Positions 1 through 8,975 of a DNA stretch of 31,834 nt are shown piece by piece. Position 1 is the first letter of the stretch; each line of letters opens with the position of its first letter. The stretch covers positions 1 through 31,834 of the forward strand of contig JAUVFY010000001.1 of the NCBI GenBank assembly GCA_030594025.1, read 5' to 3'. The notes beneath the pieces were generated by a model. The model made no database searches. It saw only the letters and a list, made by a program, of their open reading frames with translations, and was not told the DNA's origin. This DNA comes from Deltaproteobacteria bacterium. Lineage in GTDB: Bacteria; Desulfobacterota; GWC2-55-46; JAUVFY01. Both the position numbers and the translations under genes were made by a program.

Positions 1-1
1 A

Positions 2-688
2 CTGTTCAACTTCAGTTTCGGAGAAAGAATTTTGAAGTTCTTAGCGGACTTCCCTGAGGGATTCACCTTGCCTTTCCTCGCCCTTTTTATCTGGGGTGTT
101 TTAATACGAAAGCGCGAAGGCTTCAGCTCTGCCGAGTTCTATCTGATCGCTGTCATGCTCATCTCCTGGCTATTCTATTTAGGCGTGAATCCCAGCGAGA
201 GGTACTTCACCCACCTCATGCCCGTTGCGCTTGTGTTTTCAGCTGCCGGTTTCTGCCACATCGAAGGCCGGCTTAAGGCCCGGGCGAGGAGGCCCATCCT
301 CTTAACCGCCGCTTTAGTCCTTGCCATTTGTGCCGTCGCGCTTCCCCAAGGACTGGTCTCCCTTCACGCACATCGTCTTCCTGAAAGACAGGCCGGCGAG
401 TGGCTCAAAGAGCATGCCGAAGGTCCATACTCTATCATGGCGCGCAAGCCGATAATGGCCTTTTATGCGGACGGCGGTTTCGTCCGCTTGTCTGGCGAAA
501 CCATGGAAGAGGTTATTGAATACGGGAAACAAGAGGGCGCAGAGTACGTGGCCGGATACAGCTCCTCACTCAGAGAGAATATACAGGACTTTGACCTTGA
601 AAAGGAAAGGTTTCTCACCGAGCTCATGCGCTTCAGTGCCGGCAGGGACGACGAATTCGTCCTATACAGGGTCGCTCATGAAAGGTAG
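2..688 (+). CDS. 5'-truncated polytopic membrane protein, probably the C-terminal part of an ArnT/PMT (GT39/GT83)-like glycosyltransferase
   Basis: The frame is open from base 2 to TAG at 686-688. It has several hydrophobic helices, 'ERYFTHLMP' and 'ERQAGEWLKEH' segments typical of the C-terminal half of ArnT-like proteins, and LPS-gene context. Confidence 0.5.
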   Translation: MFNFSFGERILKFLADFPEGFTLPFLALFIWGVLIRKREGFSSAEFYLIAVMLISWLFYLGVNPSERYFTHLMPVALVFSAAGFCHIEGRLKARARRPILLTAALVLAICAVALPQGLVSLHAHRLPERQAGEWLKEHAEGPYSIMARKPIMAFYADGGFVRLSGETMEEVIEYGKQEGAEYVAGYSSSLRENIQDFDLEKERFLTELMRFSAGRDDEFVLYRVAHER

Positions 689-690
689 AT

Positions 691-1527
691 ATGCGTTTTA
701 TAAACCATAACGGCCTCATTATAAACGAACGGTTCTTCGAGTTGTTGAAGGCACACGGCCTCGACAGCTTCGAGTGCCTTTTGAACTACGAGGGGGGTAG
801 TGTTTTCAATAAAAAAAAGACTCACTCGGTTGTGAGGATTGAGCTCGGGGAGGGGGAGGGGGAGGGGGAGGGTTTTTACCTTAAGCGGCACTTCTGGTCC
901 GCGGGCGAAAGGGTTAAAGCCCTTTTCAGCCGGGACAGGCCCGAAGAGGGGCGTAACGAGTGGGAGGGCATACTCTTACTCGAAGAGCTCGGCTTCCCCA
1001 CGATGGTCGCCGTAGCCTTCGGCGAAGAGAGGAGTTTTTTCGGGCTCCCCTCGGTTTCGCTCACCCTTACCGAAGAGATATACGGGGCTGAGAGGGTTGA
1101 GGATTATATCCCGAGTTTGACCGGTAGAGTTATTGAGAAAAGGGAACTTGTAAGGAGGCTCGGGCTCCTTGCAAGGGACTTCCACCGTAAGGGGCTCTGC
1201 CACCAGGATTTTTACCTGGGGCACTTTTTTATAAACCCTGAGACGGGTGAGCTCTTCCTCGTGGACCTTCAAAGGGTTCACAAGAGGAAGGCCGTAAGGA
1301 AGAGCGACAGGATAAAGGATCTTGCGCAGCTCACATTCTCGGCACGGAACACGGAAAATTTTACATGGACTGACCTTGTGAGGTTCGCACATACGTATCT
1401 CGGCAAGGAAAAGTTCGACAATTCGGATAAGAGGATGATAAGAAGGATCTTTAAAAAATCAGAAAAGATAGCAAGGCATACAGAGAAGTTGTTGAGAGCG
1501 CGGCAATCCGGAAAACACGTCCTTTAA
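691..1527 (+). CDS. Lipopolysaccharide kinase (Kdo/WaaP/InaA family)
   Basis: Catalytic-loop-like HQDFYLGHF (compare WaaP HRDCYxCHF), LVDLQR, YLKRH and P..VAFGE motifs. Confidence 0.8.
   Translation: MRFINHNGLIINERFFELLKAHGLDSFECLLNYEGGSVFNKKKTHSVVRIELGEGEGEGEGFYLKRHFWSAGERVKALFSRDRPEEGRNEWEGILLLEELGFPTMVAVAFGEERSFFGLPSVSLTLTEEIYGAERVEDYIPSLTGRVIEKRELVRRLGLLARDFHRKGLCHQDFYLGHFFINPETGELFLVDLQRVHKRKAVRKSDRIKDLAQLTFSARNTENFTWTDLVRFAHTYLGKEKFDNSDKRMIRRIFKKSEKIARHTEKLLRARQSGKHVL
847..870 (+). repeat. In-frame tandem hexamer (GGGGAG)x4 encoding GEGEGEGE
   Basis: Read directly from the sequence at 847-870, followed by GGT. Confidence 0.95.
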
Positions 1528-1604
1528 ATTAATAACCAGGAATTTAAAAACGTATCATTTTAAAAGTTGCCCCACCGCAAGGTGGTAAGGAGAAAGCGCG
1601 ATAA

Positions 1605-2600
1605 ATGATATTGCCGGAATTTAAAGGTAAACGTTACCACTTCTTAGTGACCGGCGGGGCAGGTTTTATCGGTTCCAACCTCGTCTTTGCGCTCCTCGGT
1701 AGCGGTCAGAAAGTGACCGTGCTGGATAACCTCTCCACGGGGAAGAGAAAGAACATAGACGATGTAGAGGGTTTTATTGCGACCGATAGGACCCCCGCGG
1801 GGGATTTTACATTCATTGAGGGCGACATAAGGGATGAGGGGGTTTGCGCGAAGGCCGCCGAAGGGGTGGACTACGTGCTCCACAACGCGGCACTGGGCTC
1901 TGTCCCTCGTTCCATAGACGACCCTGTTACGACAACAGAAGTGAACGTGATGGGCTCGATTAACATGCTTATCGCCTCAAGGGACAGTCAAGTGAGACGT
2001 TTCGTTTATGCCTCGAGCTCGTCGGTCTACGGAGATTCCCCGCGGCTTCCTAGGGTGGAGGGGCATGAGGGCCGCCCCCTTTCACCCTATGCCGTGACAA
2101 AGGCCGTTGGGGAGATGTACGCCGAAAACTTCCAGCGCCTTTACGCCCTCGAGGTCATAGGGCTAAGGTACTTTAACGTTTTCGGCCCGAGGCAGGACCC
2201 TTACTCGCAGTATGCGGCCGTGATACCGATATTTACAAGAAAGCTTATAAGGGGCGAACCACCCACGATCTTCGGCGACGGTGAGACTACGAGGGATTTT
2301 ACCTACGTGGATAACGCCGTTGGTGCAAACATAAGGGCCGTATTCGCCCCGAAGGAGGCAACGGGCGGAGTGTACAACATAGCCTGCGGCTCAAGGCTCT
2401 CGCTTAACGAGCTATATAAAAGGCTCTCGGCCATCTTGGGAAAGTCTATAAAACCCCTTTACGGACCGGAAAGAAAAGGCGACGTGCGCCACAGCGATGC
2501 GGACATTACACGGGCACTGAGGTTTTTAAACTACGAACCGGTAATAGACGCCTCAAAGGGGCTTGAGCTTGCCGTAAGGTGGTTTAGGGAGAACCTTTAA
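1605..2600 (+). CDS. NAD-dependent epimerase/dehydratase (extended SDR; WbpP/TviC-like UDP-GlcNAc 4-epimerase)
   Basis: VTGGAGFIG Rossmann motif, ASSSSVYGD, YxxxK (YAVTK), LRYFNVFGPRQDP, RDFTYV. RBS AAGGAG upstream. Confidence 0.9.
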   Translation: MILPEFKGKRYHFLVTGGAGFIGSNLVFALLGSGQKVTVLDNLSTGKRKNIDDVEGFIATDRTPAGDFTFIEGDIRDEGVCAKAAEGVDYVLHNAALGSVPRSIDDPVTTTEVNVMGSINMLIASRDSQVRRFVYASSSSVYGDSPRLPRVEGHEGRPLSPYAVTKAVGEMYAENFQRLYALEVIGLRYFNVFGPRQDPYSQYAAVIPIFTRKLIRGEPPTIFGDGETTRDFTYVDNAVGANIRAVFAPKEATGGVYNIACGSRLSLNELYKRLSAILGKSIKPLYGPERKGDVRHSDADITRALRFLNYEPVIDASKGLELAVRWFRENL

Positions 2601-2624
2601 CGGAACCACAAGAGATTAGTTGGA

Positions 2625-2653
2625 TTGCCACTTAACGAGATATATGCTATATA
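2625..2653 (+). promoter_or_regulatory. Putative sigma70 promoter for the rfaE1-rpoZ run
   Basis: TTGCCA (2625-2630), 17-nt spacer, TATATA (2648-2653), with an extended -10 TG at 2645-2646. Confidence 0.55.
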
Positions 2654-2718
2654 CGATGTGTAACGCCTTGAGCGGAGTTTAAATCCCTGTCGGGAATTCC
2701 TTTCCGGAGAGTCTTTAC

Positions 2719-3717
2719 ATGAGAAGGATAGTTGGCACAAAGAGGGCAAGTTCCATAATCGCGGGTTTCAAGAAGGCGCGCATACTGGTCATAGGGGACC
2801 TGATTATGGACCATTTTATATGGGGGGATGTAAAACGCATATCCCCCGAGGCGCCGGTGCCCGTTGTCGATGTATCGAAGGAGACAACACTTCTCGGCGG
2901 CAGCGCAAACGTGGTAAACAACATACACACCCTCGGCGGAAGCTGCCTTGTGGCGGGAATCGTGGGCAAGGACGAGGACGGAAGGAAGTTAGTGAGCAGG
3001 CTCAGGGAAAGGGGCATCTCCACCGAGGGGATAGTGGTGGACCCCAGGAGTCCCACCACCATAAAGACACGCGTAATAGCCCACAGCCAGCAGGTTGTTA
3101 GGTTCGACCGCGAAAACAGGCTGGGCATAAGCCACAGGGTAAGGGAGAGGGTCTTCTCCTATATAGAACAGGCGGTAAGAAAAGCGAGCCTTGTCGTAGT
3201 TTCCGACTATTCAAAGGGCCTCATATCGGAAGAGCTTATGGAAGTGGTCATGGAGATTACCGGGAGGCTCAAAAAGCCCCTCGTGGTCGACCCCAAGGTG
3301 GAGCACTTCGACTATTACAGTGGGGCGACCCTTGTGACCCCAAATAACAAGGAGGCGGGGCTCGCCTCGGGCATAGAGATAGAGGACACGGAGAGCCTGA
3401 AGAGGGCAGGCGAGATACTCAGGGCGAGGCTCTGCTGTGAGGCGCTTCTCATTACAAGGGGAGAGCACGGGATGAGCCTTTTTGAGGCGGACTCGGAGAC
3501 CCACATCCCCACGGTGGCCAAAGAGGTATATGACGTAAGCGGCGCAGGGGATACGGTGGTCGGGGTCATGTCCCTCTCGCTTGCTGCGGGGGCAAGTTTT
3601 AAAGAGGCGGCTGTACTGGCCAACCTCGCCGCTGGAATAGTGGTGGGCAAGGTGGGTACCGCGACGGTGAGGCCGGCGGAGTTGCTTCAAGCCGTTCAAT
3701 TGAGCTTGAAAAGATAG
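2719..3717 (+). CDS. rfaE1: D-glycero-beta-D-manno-heptose-7-phosphate kinase (stand-alone HldE kinase domain, PfkB family)
   Basis: GDLIMDHFIWGDVKRISPEAPVPV, VSDYSKG, VDPK, TPNNKEA, DVSGAGDTV. No adenylyltransferase domain. Confidence 0.93.
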   Translation: MRRIVGTKRASSIIAGFKKARILVIGDLIMDHFIWGDVKRISPEAPVPVVDVSKETTLLGGSANVVNNIHTLGGSCLVAGIVGKDEDGRKLVSRLRERGISTEGIVVDPRSPTTIKTRVIAHSQQVVRFDRENRLGISHRVRERVFSYIEQAVRKASLVVVSDYSKGLISEELMEVVMEITGRLKKPLVVDPKVEHFDYYSGATLVTPNNKEAGLASGIEIEDTESLKRAGEILRARLCCEALLITRGEHGMSLFEADSETHIPTVAKEVYDVSGAGDTVVGVMSLSLAAGASFKEAAVLANLAAGIVVGKVGTATVRPAELLQAVQLSLKR

Positions 3718-3725
3718 GCGATTTT

Positions 3726-4274
3726 ATGCGGCCCGGGAAGGTGGAGCCGGTAAAGCTTATTGTGAGTCTGTTTTCCAGCGAACTGGACCTCATTGACTCT
3801 GTCCTTGAAGAGCTTACGAACAGGTTCGGTGAGATAGATTTTCTGAGCGAGCCCTTTGATTTCATCGAGACCGGTTATTATGACGAAGAGTTCGGGGGCG
3901 GGCTCGTGAGGAGGATCGCATCCTTCTCGGATTTGGTTGACCCCGCCGAACTCCCCTCGATAAAGCTTTTAACCAACTCTATCGAGGACAGCTATACGCG
4001 TGAGGGAGGGAAAAGGAAAGTCAATATAGACCCCGGGTACCTGACGCTCGAAAGGCTCGTTCTGGCATCGTGCAAGAATTTCTCCCACAGGATATACCTG
4101 GGAGAGGGCGTATATGGGGACCTCACGTTCTTGTACAGAGCCGGTGAGTACAGGCCCCTTGAGTGGACTTATCCCGACTACGGCGGGGCCCGCATGAAGG
4201 GGCTCCTTAAACAGATAAGGGCAAAGTATGCGGAAAAGATAGGCAGGGGAACGGGCAGAAAGCTAAAGGGTTAA
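3726..4274 (+). CDS. DUF4416 family protein
   Basis: TGYYDEEFG, LPSIKLLTNSIE, RKVNIDPGYL, LASCKNFSHRIYLGEGVYGDLT and WTYPDY motifs. Confidence 0.85.
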   Translation: MRPGKVEPVKLIVSLFSSELDLIDSVLEELTNRFGEIDFLSEPFDFIETGYYDEEFGGGLVRRIASFSDLVDPAELPSIKLLTNSIEDSYTREGGKRKVNIDPGYLTLERLVLASCKNFSHRIYLGEGVYGDLTFLYRAGEYRPLEWTYPDYGGARMKGLLKQIRAKYAEKIGRGTGRKLKG

Positions 4275-4306
4275 GCCACCTCTTTCAGAGAAGGAGCAAA
4301 TTAAAA

Positions 4307-5176
4307 TTGGCCAACAGCATGACAGGATTCGGCAGGGCCGAGTTCACAATCGGAGAGAACGTTTATTACGTTGAGGTAAAATCCCTCAACCACCGCTACC
4401 TGGACATAAAGGCGCGCCTGACTGAGAGGTTCTTTGCGCTTGAGCCCAGGCTAAGGGAAGAGATAAAGAAGATTTTTTCAAGGGGTTCATTCAGTCTATA
4501 TGTTTCTGCGGTTTCCGGACCGGTTGAGTCGCTCGAGGTGAACATCCCCCTTGCCCGCAAATACCTCGATGTGGAGATGGAACTTAAAAAAGAACTGGGA
4601 CTCACGGGCGAGATCGACGTTCCTCTCATGCTAAGGCTTAAGGACATAATGACTTCCCCCAGGAAGGAAGAGGACCTCGAGGGAGACTGGAAGGCCTTCA
4701 AGGTGGGGTCGGATGCGGCCCTGGGCCAGGTCCTCGAGATGCGCAGGGCCGAGGGCGAGGCGCTTAAAAAGGACATAGAGTCGAAACTCTCGGTAATCGA
4801 GGATCTTCTTAATAAGGTAGAAGAGCGCGTGCCCGAGGTCGTCGCCAGCTATAGACAAAAGCTCACAGAAGAGATGAAAAAACTTATCGACGAAGAAGTT
4901 GACGAGACGAGGCTCCTTACCGAGGCGGCCATCTTTGCAGAAAGAGCGGACGTCGCCGAAGAGATAGTCCGCCTCAGAAGCCACATAGAAAGGATGAGGG
5001 ATTACCTTGCCCTGGCGGAGCCCGTGGGAAGAAGGCTTGATTTCCTGTGCCAGGAGATGCAGAGGGAGGCGAATACCACCGCGTCCAAATCCAACGACGT
5101 TTCCATAACCCAGACGGTGGTGGAGATGAAAGGGGAGCTCGAGAAGGTTCGCGAACAGGTGCAGAATATTGAGTGA
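4307..5176 (+). CDS. yicC: YicC/YloC family endoribonuclease
   Basis: SMTGFGR, EVKSLNHRYLD, EEIVRLRSH, GRRLDFLCQEMQREANTTASK, EKVREQVQNIE. TTG start with AAGGAG upstream. Confidence 0.95.
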   Translation: MANSMTGFGRAEFTIGENVYYVEVKSLNHRYLDIKARLTERFFALEPRLREEIKKIFSRGSFSLYVSAVSGPVESLEVNIPLARKYLDVEMELKKELGLTGEIDVPLMLRLKDIMTSPRKEEDLEGDWKAFKVGSDAALGQVLEMRRAEGEALKKDIESKLSVIEDLLNKVEERVPEVVASYRQKLTEEMKKLIDEEVDETRLLTEAAIFAERADVAEEIVRLRSHIERMRDYLALAEPVGRRLDFLCQEMQREANTTASKSNDVSITQTVVEMKGELEKVREQVQNIE

Positions 5177-5180
5177 GGCC

Positions 5181-5786
5181 ATGAACAAGGGAATACCTTT
5201 CATAGTGTCGGCGCCTTCAGGTGCGGGCAAGACCACACTGGTCAAGATGGCGGTCGAGCACTTCCCTGACATGCACTTCTCCGTATCCTATACAACCAGA
5301 GAGCCCAGGCAGGGTGAGGTAGACGGCGTGGATTACCTTTTCGTGGACGACCGGGCATTCGACGAGATGGCAAGAAAAGGCGATTTCATCGAATACGCCG
5401 AGGTCCACGGAAGAAGGTACGGAACTTTGCTAAAAGACCTTATAAGCGAGCTTGCCCGGGGAAAGGACGTGCTCCTTGACATAGACGTACAGGGAGCCGA
5501 GCAGGTCCGAAAAATTCTGGAATACGGGGTCTATATCTTCATAGTGCCGCCCTCCATCGAGGAGTGCGAAAAGAGGCTCATGGAAAGGGGAAAAGACAGT
5601 CAAGAGGAAATAAAAAAGAGGGTTCAGGTTTCAATAAACGAGATAAAGAGGGCCGAGAACTACGACTATATAATCATTAACGACGAGCTCGAAGGGGCCT
5701 TTGAAAGACTCAAGTCTGTTATAACGGCGGAGAAGACAAGGGGGCAAAGGCTAATGGACAGGGTTAAAGAAACATTTGGAATATAG
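5181..5786 (+). CDS. gmk: Guanylate kinase
   Basis: P-loop SAPSGAGKT, SVSYTTREPRQGEVDGVDY, EYAEVHG..YGT, LDIDVQGA. ATG 5181 chosen over GTG 5169. Confidence 0.97.
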   Translation: MNKGIPFIVSAPSGAGKTTLVKMAVEHFPDMHFSVSYTTREPRQGEVDGVDYLFVDDRAFDEMARKGDFIEYAEVHGRRYGTLLKDLISELARGKDVLLDIDVQGAEQVRKILEYGVYIFIVPPSIEECEKRLMERGKDSQEEIKKRVQVSINEIKRAENYDYIIINDELEGAFERLKSVITAEKTRGQRLMDRVKETFGI

Positions 5787-5871
5787 ACGGAAATGGTGTA
5801 AAATAAAGACCTTTCGGATAAGAGGGTTTTAGTGTAGTGTGGTTTCAACATACTTTATGGAGGTAAGCTTA

Positions 5872-6075
5872 ATGGCAAGGATAACTGTCGAGGACTGTCT
5901 CGAGAAGGTGCCGAGCCGTTTTAGCCTTGTGCACATCGCCGCGCAGAGGGCGAGAAAGCTCATCAAAGGGGCACGCCCCCTCGTGGAATCGGAGAACAGG
6001 GCCATCGTTACCGCCCTGAGGGAGATAGCCGCCGGTGATGTGGTAATTGAGGAGGAAGAGTCCAAAAAGGAATAA
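5872..6075 (+). CDS. rpoZ: DNA-directed RNA polymerase subunit omega
   Basis: [28 protein letters not shown] and [16 protein letters not shown] at 5859-5863. Follows gmk. Confidence 0.97.
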   Translation: MARITVEDCLEKVPSRFSLVHIAAQRARKLIKGARPLVESENRAIVTALREIAAGDVVIEEEESKKE

Positions 6076-6099
6076 AGTTCGTTTTAGTGTGTATTAGTT

Positions 6100-6133
6100 A
6101 AACCCCCGGCACTTTCGGGCCGGGGGTTTTTTT
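6100..6133 (+). terminator. Rho-independent terminator after rpoZ
   Basis: AACCCCCGGC/GCCGGGGGTT perfect 10-bp stem followed by a T run. Confidence 0.92.
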
Positions 6134-6274
6134 ATTCCCTTTCGCAGAGAAATTTAAGCCCTACCCGTTGCCACCGCCTGCCTGCCAGAATAAAAATCCC
6201 ACCCGGGAACAAAGGCAAATAAAGTTTGCTATAATTTCGATATACCGCAAACCGTGATTAAAAAGGAGGCCTCT

Positions 6275-6745
6275 ATGAAGCACCGTATGAAAGGCAAAAG
6301 GGGGATCCCGGTGGAAATTCTCAAAATAAGATGGCAACGCCTGGTATTTCAAGGCCAGACCTGCCCCAGGTGCGCGGAAACGGAGGAACAGGTCGACAAA
6401 GCATTTCAAATCCTCAAACAGTGCCTCGCCCCGCTGGGGATAGGTGTGACCCTGGATAAAAAGGTACTTACCCCCGAGACATTTGCCAGGCACGTCATGG
6501 AGTCAAACCGCATCTGGATAGGCGAGCGGCCCCTGGAGGAGTGGCTTGAGGGCCGCGTGGGACAAAGCCTTTGTTGCGGACCCTGTGGTGAAACGGAATG
6601 CAGAACTGTCGAGGTGGGAGAAAGGATTTATGAAACGATCTCTTCTCGTTTGATCTTAAAGGCAGGCCTCATCGCGGCCTCCGGGATGCTCGGTAAGGAG
6701 GCTGAACCTTCCACGGTCTGCTGCCCCACCGGGGAAAGTAAATGA
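6275..6745 (+). CDS. DUF2703 domain Cys-rich protein
   Basis: IRWQRLV...TCPRC, SNRIWIGERPLEEWL, CCGPC..EC R motifs. GGAGG RBS before ATG 6275, and an extended -10 TGcTATAAT at 6227-6235. Confidence 0.8.
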   Translation: MKHRMKGKRGIPVEILKIRWQRLVFQGQTCPRCAETEEQVDKAFQILKQCLAPLGIGVTLDKKVLTPETFARHVMESNRIWIGERPLEEWLEGRVGQSLCCGPCGETECRTVEVGERIYETISSRLILKAGLIAASGMLGKEAEPSTVCCPTGESK

Positions 6746-7647
6746 TTTACGTAGGGACATGTTCCTGGACGGAAAAAACACTCATCAAAAGCGGCGAGTT
6801 CTATCCGAAGGGTGTGAGTACAGCTGAAGGCCGGCTCAGATTCTATTCCGAAAGTTTCAGGACCGTTGAAGTAGACTCAAGCTATTACGCCATCCCTGAC
6901 AGAAGGACCACCGCTCTCTGGGCGCAAAGGACCCCCGGGGGGTTCTTATTCCACGTGAAGGCATACGGGGCTCTTACGGGCCACGGGGTGGACCCGAGGA
7001 CTCTGCCCAAAGACCTACAGGGTTTTTTTCCGGCCGATGAAAGACGCGGGAGATACGTCTATATAAAAGACACTGAAATTAAAAAAACCCTTTTCGAAAG
7101 GTTCAAGGATTCCCTCGGCCCGCTTGTAAAGGCCGGGAAACTGGGTGTCGTTGTTTTCCAGTACCCGCCATGGTTCCATTACAGGCCCGCTAACCCCGAT
7201 TTCATACTCGAGTGCAAAAACCACCTGGAAGGGGTAAGCCTTGCAGTAGAGTTCCGCCACGGTAGCTGGCTTACACCCCAAAGGGCGGAATCTGTCTTTG
7301 AGTTCCTCGGAAAAAACGGGATAACCTATATAACCGCGGACGAGCCCCAGTACGGAACCCTCGCAACAGTGCCCTTCCTCCCTGGGGTTACCACTGACAC
7401 GGCGTACTTCAGGCTCCACGGAAGGAACAAAAAAAATTGGCTTAAAACCGGCATCGAGACCTCCTTGAGATACGATTATCTTTATTCGGACGACGAACTT
7501 AAAGGGTTCGTGTCCCATGTGCTCGAAGCGGACCGCGACGCGAAAAAGACCTTCGTTATGTTCAACAACTGCCACGGCGGCTTCGCGATAAAGAACGCCA
7601 TGAGGATCCGGACCCTCATCGAGGAGTCCGAAAAAGAGGTGCGTTGA
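6742..7647 (+). CDS. DUF72 (YecE-like TIM-barrel) protein
   Basis: IYVGTCSW, TVEVDSSYYAIP, FHVKA, VFQYPPWF, VEFRHGSW, YFRLHGRN, YDYLYS, VMFNNC. Confidence 0.92.
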   Translation: MIYVGTCSWTEKTLIKSGEFYPKGVSTAEGRLRFYSESFRTVEVDSSYYAIPDRRTTALWAQRTPGGFLFHVKAYGALTGHGVDPRTLPKDLQGFFPADERRGRYVYIKDTEIKKTLFERFKDSLGPLVKAGKLGVVVFQYPPWFHYRPANPDFILECKNHLEGVSLAVEFRHGSWLTPQRAESVFEFLGKNGITYITADEPQYGTLATVPFLPGVTTDTAYFRLHGRNKKNWLKTGIETSLRYDYLYSDDELKGFVSHVLEADRDAKKTFVMFNNCHGGFAIKNAMRIRTLIEESEKEVR

Positions 7648-7694
7648 GCACGCAGGATAACGCATTTCACCCACTCCCTTTCAAAGAGGATGGT

Positions 7695-7722
7695 TTGACA
7701 GGCGGAAATTAAGGGCTAAACT
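7695..7722 (+). promoter_or_regulatory. Putative sigma70 promoter of the Met-rich gene pair
   Basis: TTGACA (7695-7700), 16-nt spacer, TAAACT (7717-7722). Confidence 0.55.
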
Positions 7723-7776
7723 TTTTTTGAGAACCCGGCGGATTGATTTAAAGACAAAACGACGGAGGTGACACCT

Positions 7777-8043
7777 ATGTGTTTTATTTTCAGCCTTTTC
7801 CCGGCTACAGTTTTTGCAATAATAGGGTATTTTGTCCTTTTCTCCTCGAGCAAGGCGGAAGGGGCCATCCGCACGTTAGGCCAGGTCCTTTCGGCATGGA
7901 TCTTAATTATCGCATTGGTCTTCCCGGTCATGGGCGCCTATATAACCATAACCGGTCAATGTCCGATTGAGAAGATGATGGAGGGGATGGACATGCCAAT
8001 GGAAAAGATGATTGAAAAGATGCTGGAAGAGATTGAGAGATAA
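7777..8043 (+). CDS. Small two-helix membrane protein with a Met-rich C-terminal tail
   Basis: GGAGG RBS at 7764-7768 before ATG 7777. Two hydrophobic helices, then CPIEKMMEGMDMPMEKMIEKM. Confidence 0.75.
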   Translation: MCFIFSLFPATVFAIIGYFVLFSSSKAEGAIRTLGQVLSAWILIIALVFPVMGAYITITGQCPIEKMMEGMDMPMEKMIEKMLEEIER

Positions 8044-8078
8044 TTTAATACACGAACCTTCTCGAGGAGGAAAATACC

Positions 8079-8423
8079 ATGGAATCGATGAAAGAGATGA
8101 TGGAAAAGATGATGGGCGAGGCGGGGAAAGAGGGTATGCCCGGGATGATGGAGAAGATGATGAAAGAGTGTTGTGCCGGGATGACAGCGGAAGACAAGAA
8201 GCGGATGATGGAAGAAATGATGCCCAAAATGATGGAAGGGTGCGATATGATGGAGATGATGCCCAGGTGTATAGGCATGGCGGTTTCAAAGGTCCCCAAG
8301 GAAAAGAGGCTTGATTTCGTATCGAAGATGGTTACTACACTTATGGAAAAGGGTTGCACGGGGATGTCAGAGGAAGAGAAAAAGGATTTCACTGCAAAGG
8401 TGGCTGAAAAGGTTAAGCCCTGA
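8079..8423 (+). CDS. Very Met-rich small helical protein of unknown function
   Basis: GAGGAGG RBS. 26 Met and 5 Cys in 114 aa by hand count, with repeated MMxx units. Confidence 0.8.
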   Translation: MESMKEMMEKMMGEAGKEGMPGMMEKMMKECCAGMTAEDKKRMMEEMMPKMMEGCDMMEMMPRCIGMAVSKVPKEKRLDFVSKMVTTLMEKGCTGMSEEEKKDFTAKVAEKVKP

Positions 8424-8473
8424 GGGTAAAGAGGGAAGAGAGAGTTTTTAAGATAAATTTCAACCCCTTATAT

Positions 8474-8496
8474 GCAGCTACCCCATGGGGTGCTGC
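8474..8496. other. Imperfect palindrome/hairpin between convergent genes
   Basis: GCAGC-T-ACCCCATGGGGT-GCTGC. Confidence 0.45.
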
Positions 8497-8562
8497 CTTA
8501 CTGCCACGCGATATTCATTCATAACGCCTGGCCCTTCGGGTTTTCGTCGGCAACCAGACGGC

Positions 8563-8922
8563 TCACTCCACGACAAAGCTTGTCTCAGCCTGCGGCCCTA
8601 AGTAGGCGTGGTCTTTGTCCGCAAGCTTAAGCATCACGGTGTGGGGACCTTTTTTAAGGTTTGTGAGTTTGTATTTGCTTTTCTTCATTACCGGACCAAC
8701 GTGCTCTCCATCGAGAAAGAGGTGGAGATGGTTCCCCCTTGATACCTTTACCAGCTCAAACTCGACGGTGTAGCTCGTACCCTGTATGACCTCGCCCTCT
8801 TCCGGCTTTACGATTGTTACCTTACCCATCCCCGCCTGGCTTGTGGCAACGAGAAGAAAAAGTGCCAGGGGGATGGCGATTATCGCGGCTATCAATAACT
8901 TTCTTTTCATCTCTTTCACCAT
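8563..8922 (-). CDS. Secreted small beta-sandwich protein with an HxH motif (DUF4399-like)
   Basis: Sec signal (KRK + hydrophobic stretch + SQA), GNHLHLFLDG, LKKGPHTV.LKLADKDH. The start may instead be ATG at 8910. Confidence 0.65.
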   Translation of the reverse strand: MVKEMKRKLLIAAIIAIPLALFLLVATSQAGMGKVTIVKPEEGEVIQGTSYTVEFELVKVSRGNHLHLFLDGEHVGPVMKKSKYKLTNLKKGPHTVMLKLADKDHAYLGPQAETSFVVE

Positions 8923-8946
8923 CCTTTGAATTCACCCTCTAATTAA

Positions 8947-8975
8947 ATCTTAGGCTCGAATTTTCCTTTTGTCAA
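8947..8975 (-). promoter_or_regulatory. sigma70 promoter for the HxH protein, with an inverted repeat over the -35
   Basis: On the minus strand: TTGACA, 17-nt spacer, TAAGAT. TTCCTT-N5-AAGGAA at 8963-8979. Confidence 0.65.

Noticed and set aside
7644-7715. Possible remnant of a gene after DUF72
   Set aside because: Only about 20 codons are open, with no recognisable motif. The region is explained by the next promoter.
8079-8423. Met-rich repeats as a CRISPR array or magnetosome protein
   Set aside because: The repeats are codon-level and irregular with no spacers, and there are no LG-repeat or mam-type features or neighbouring genes.
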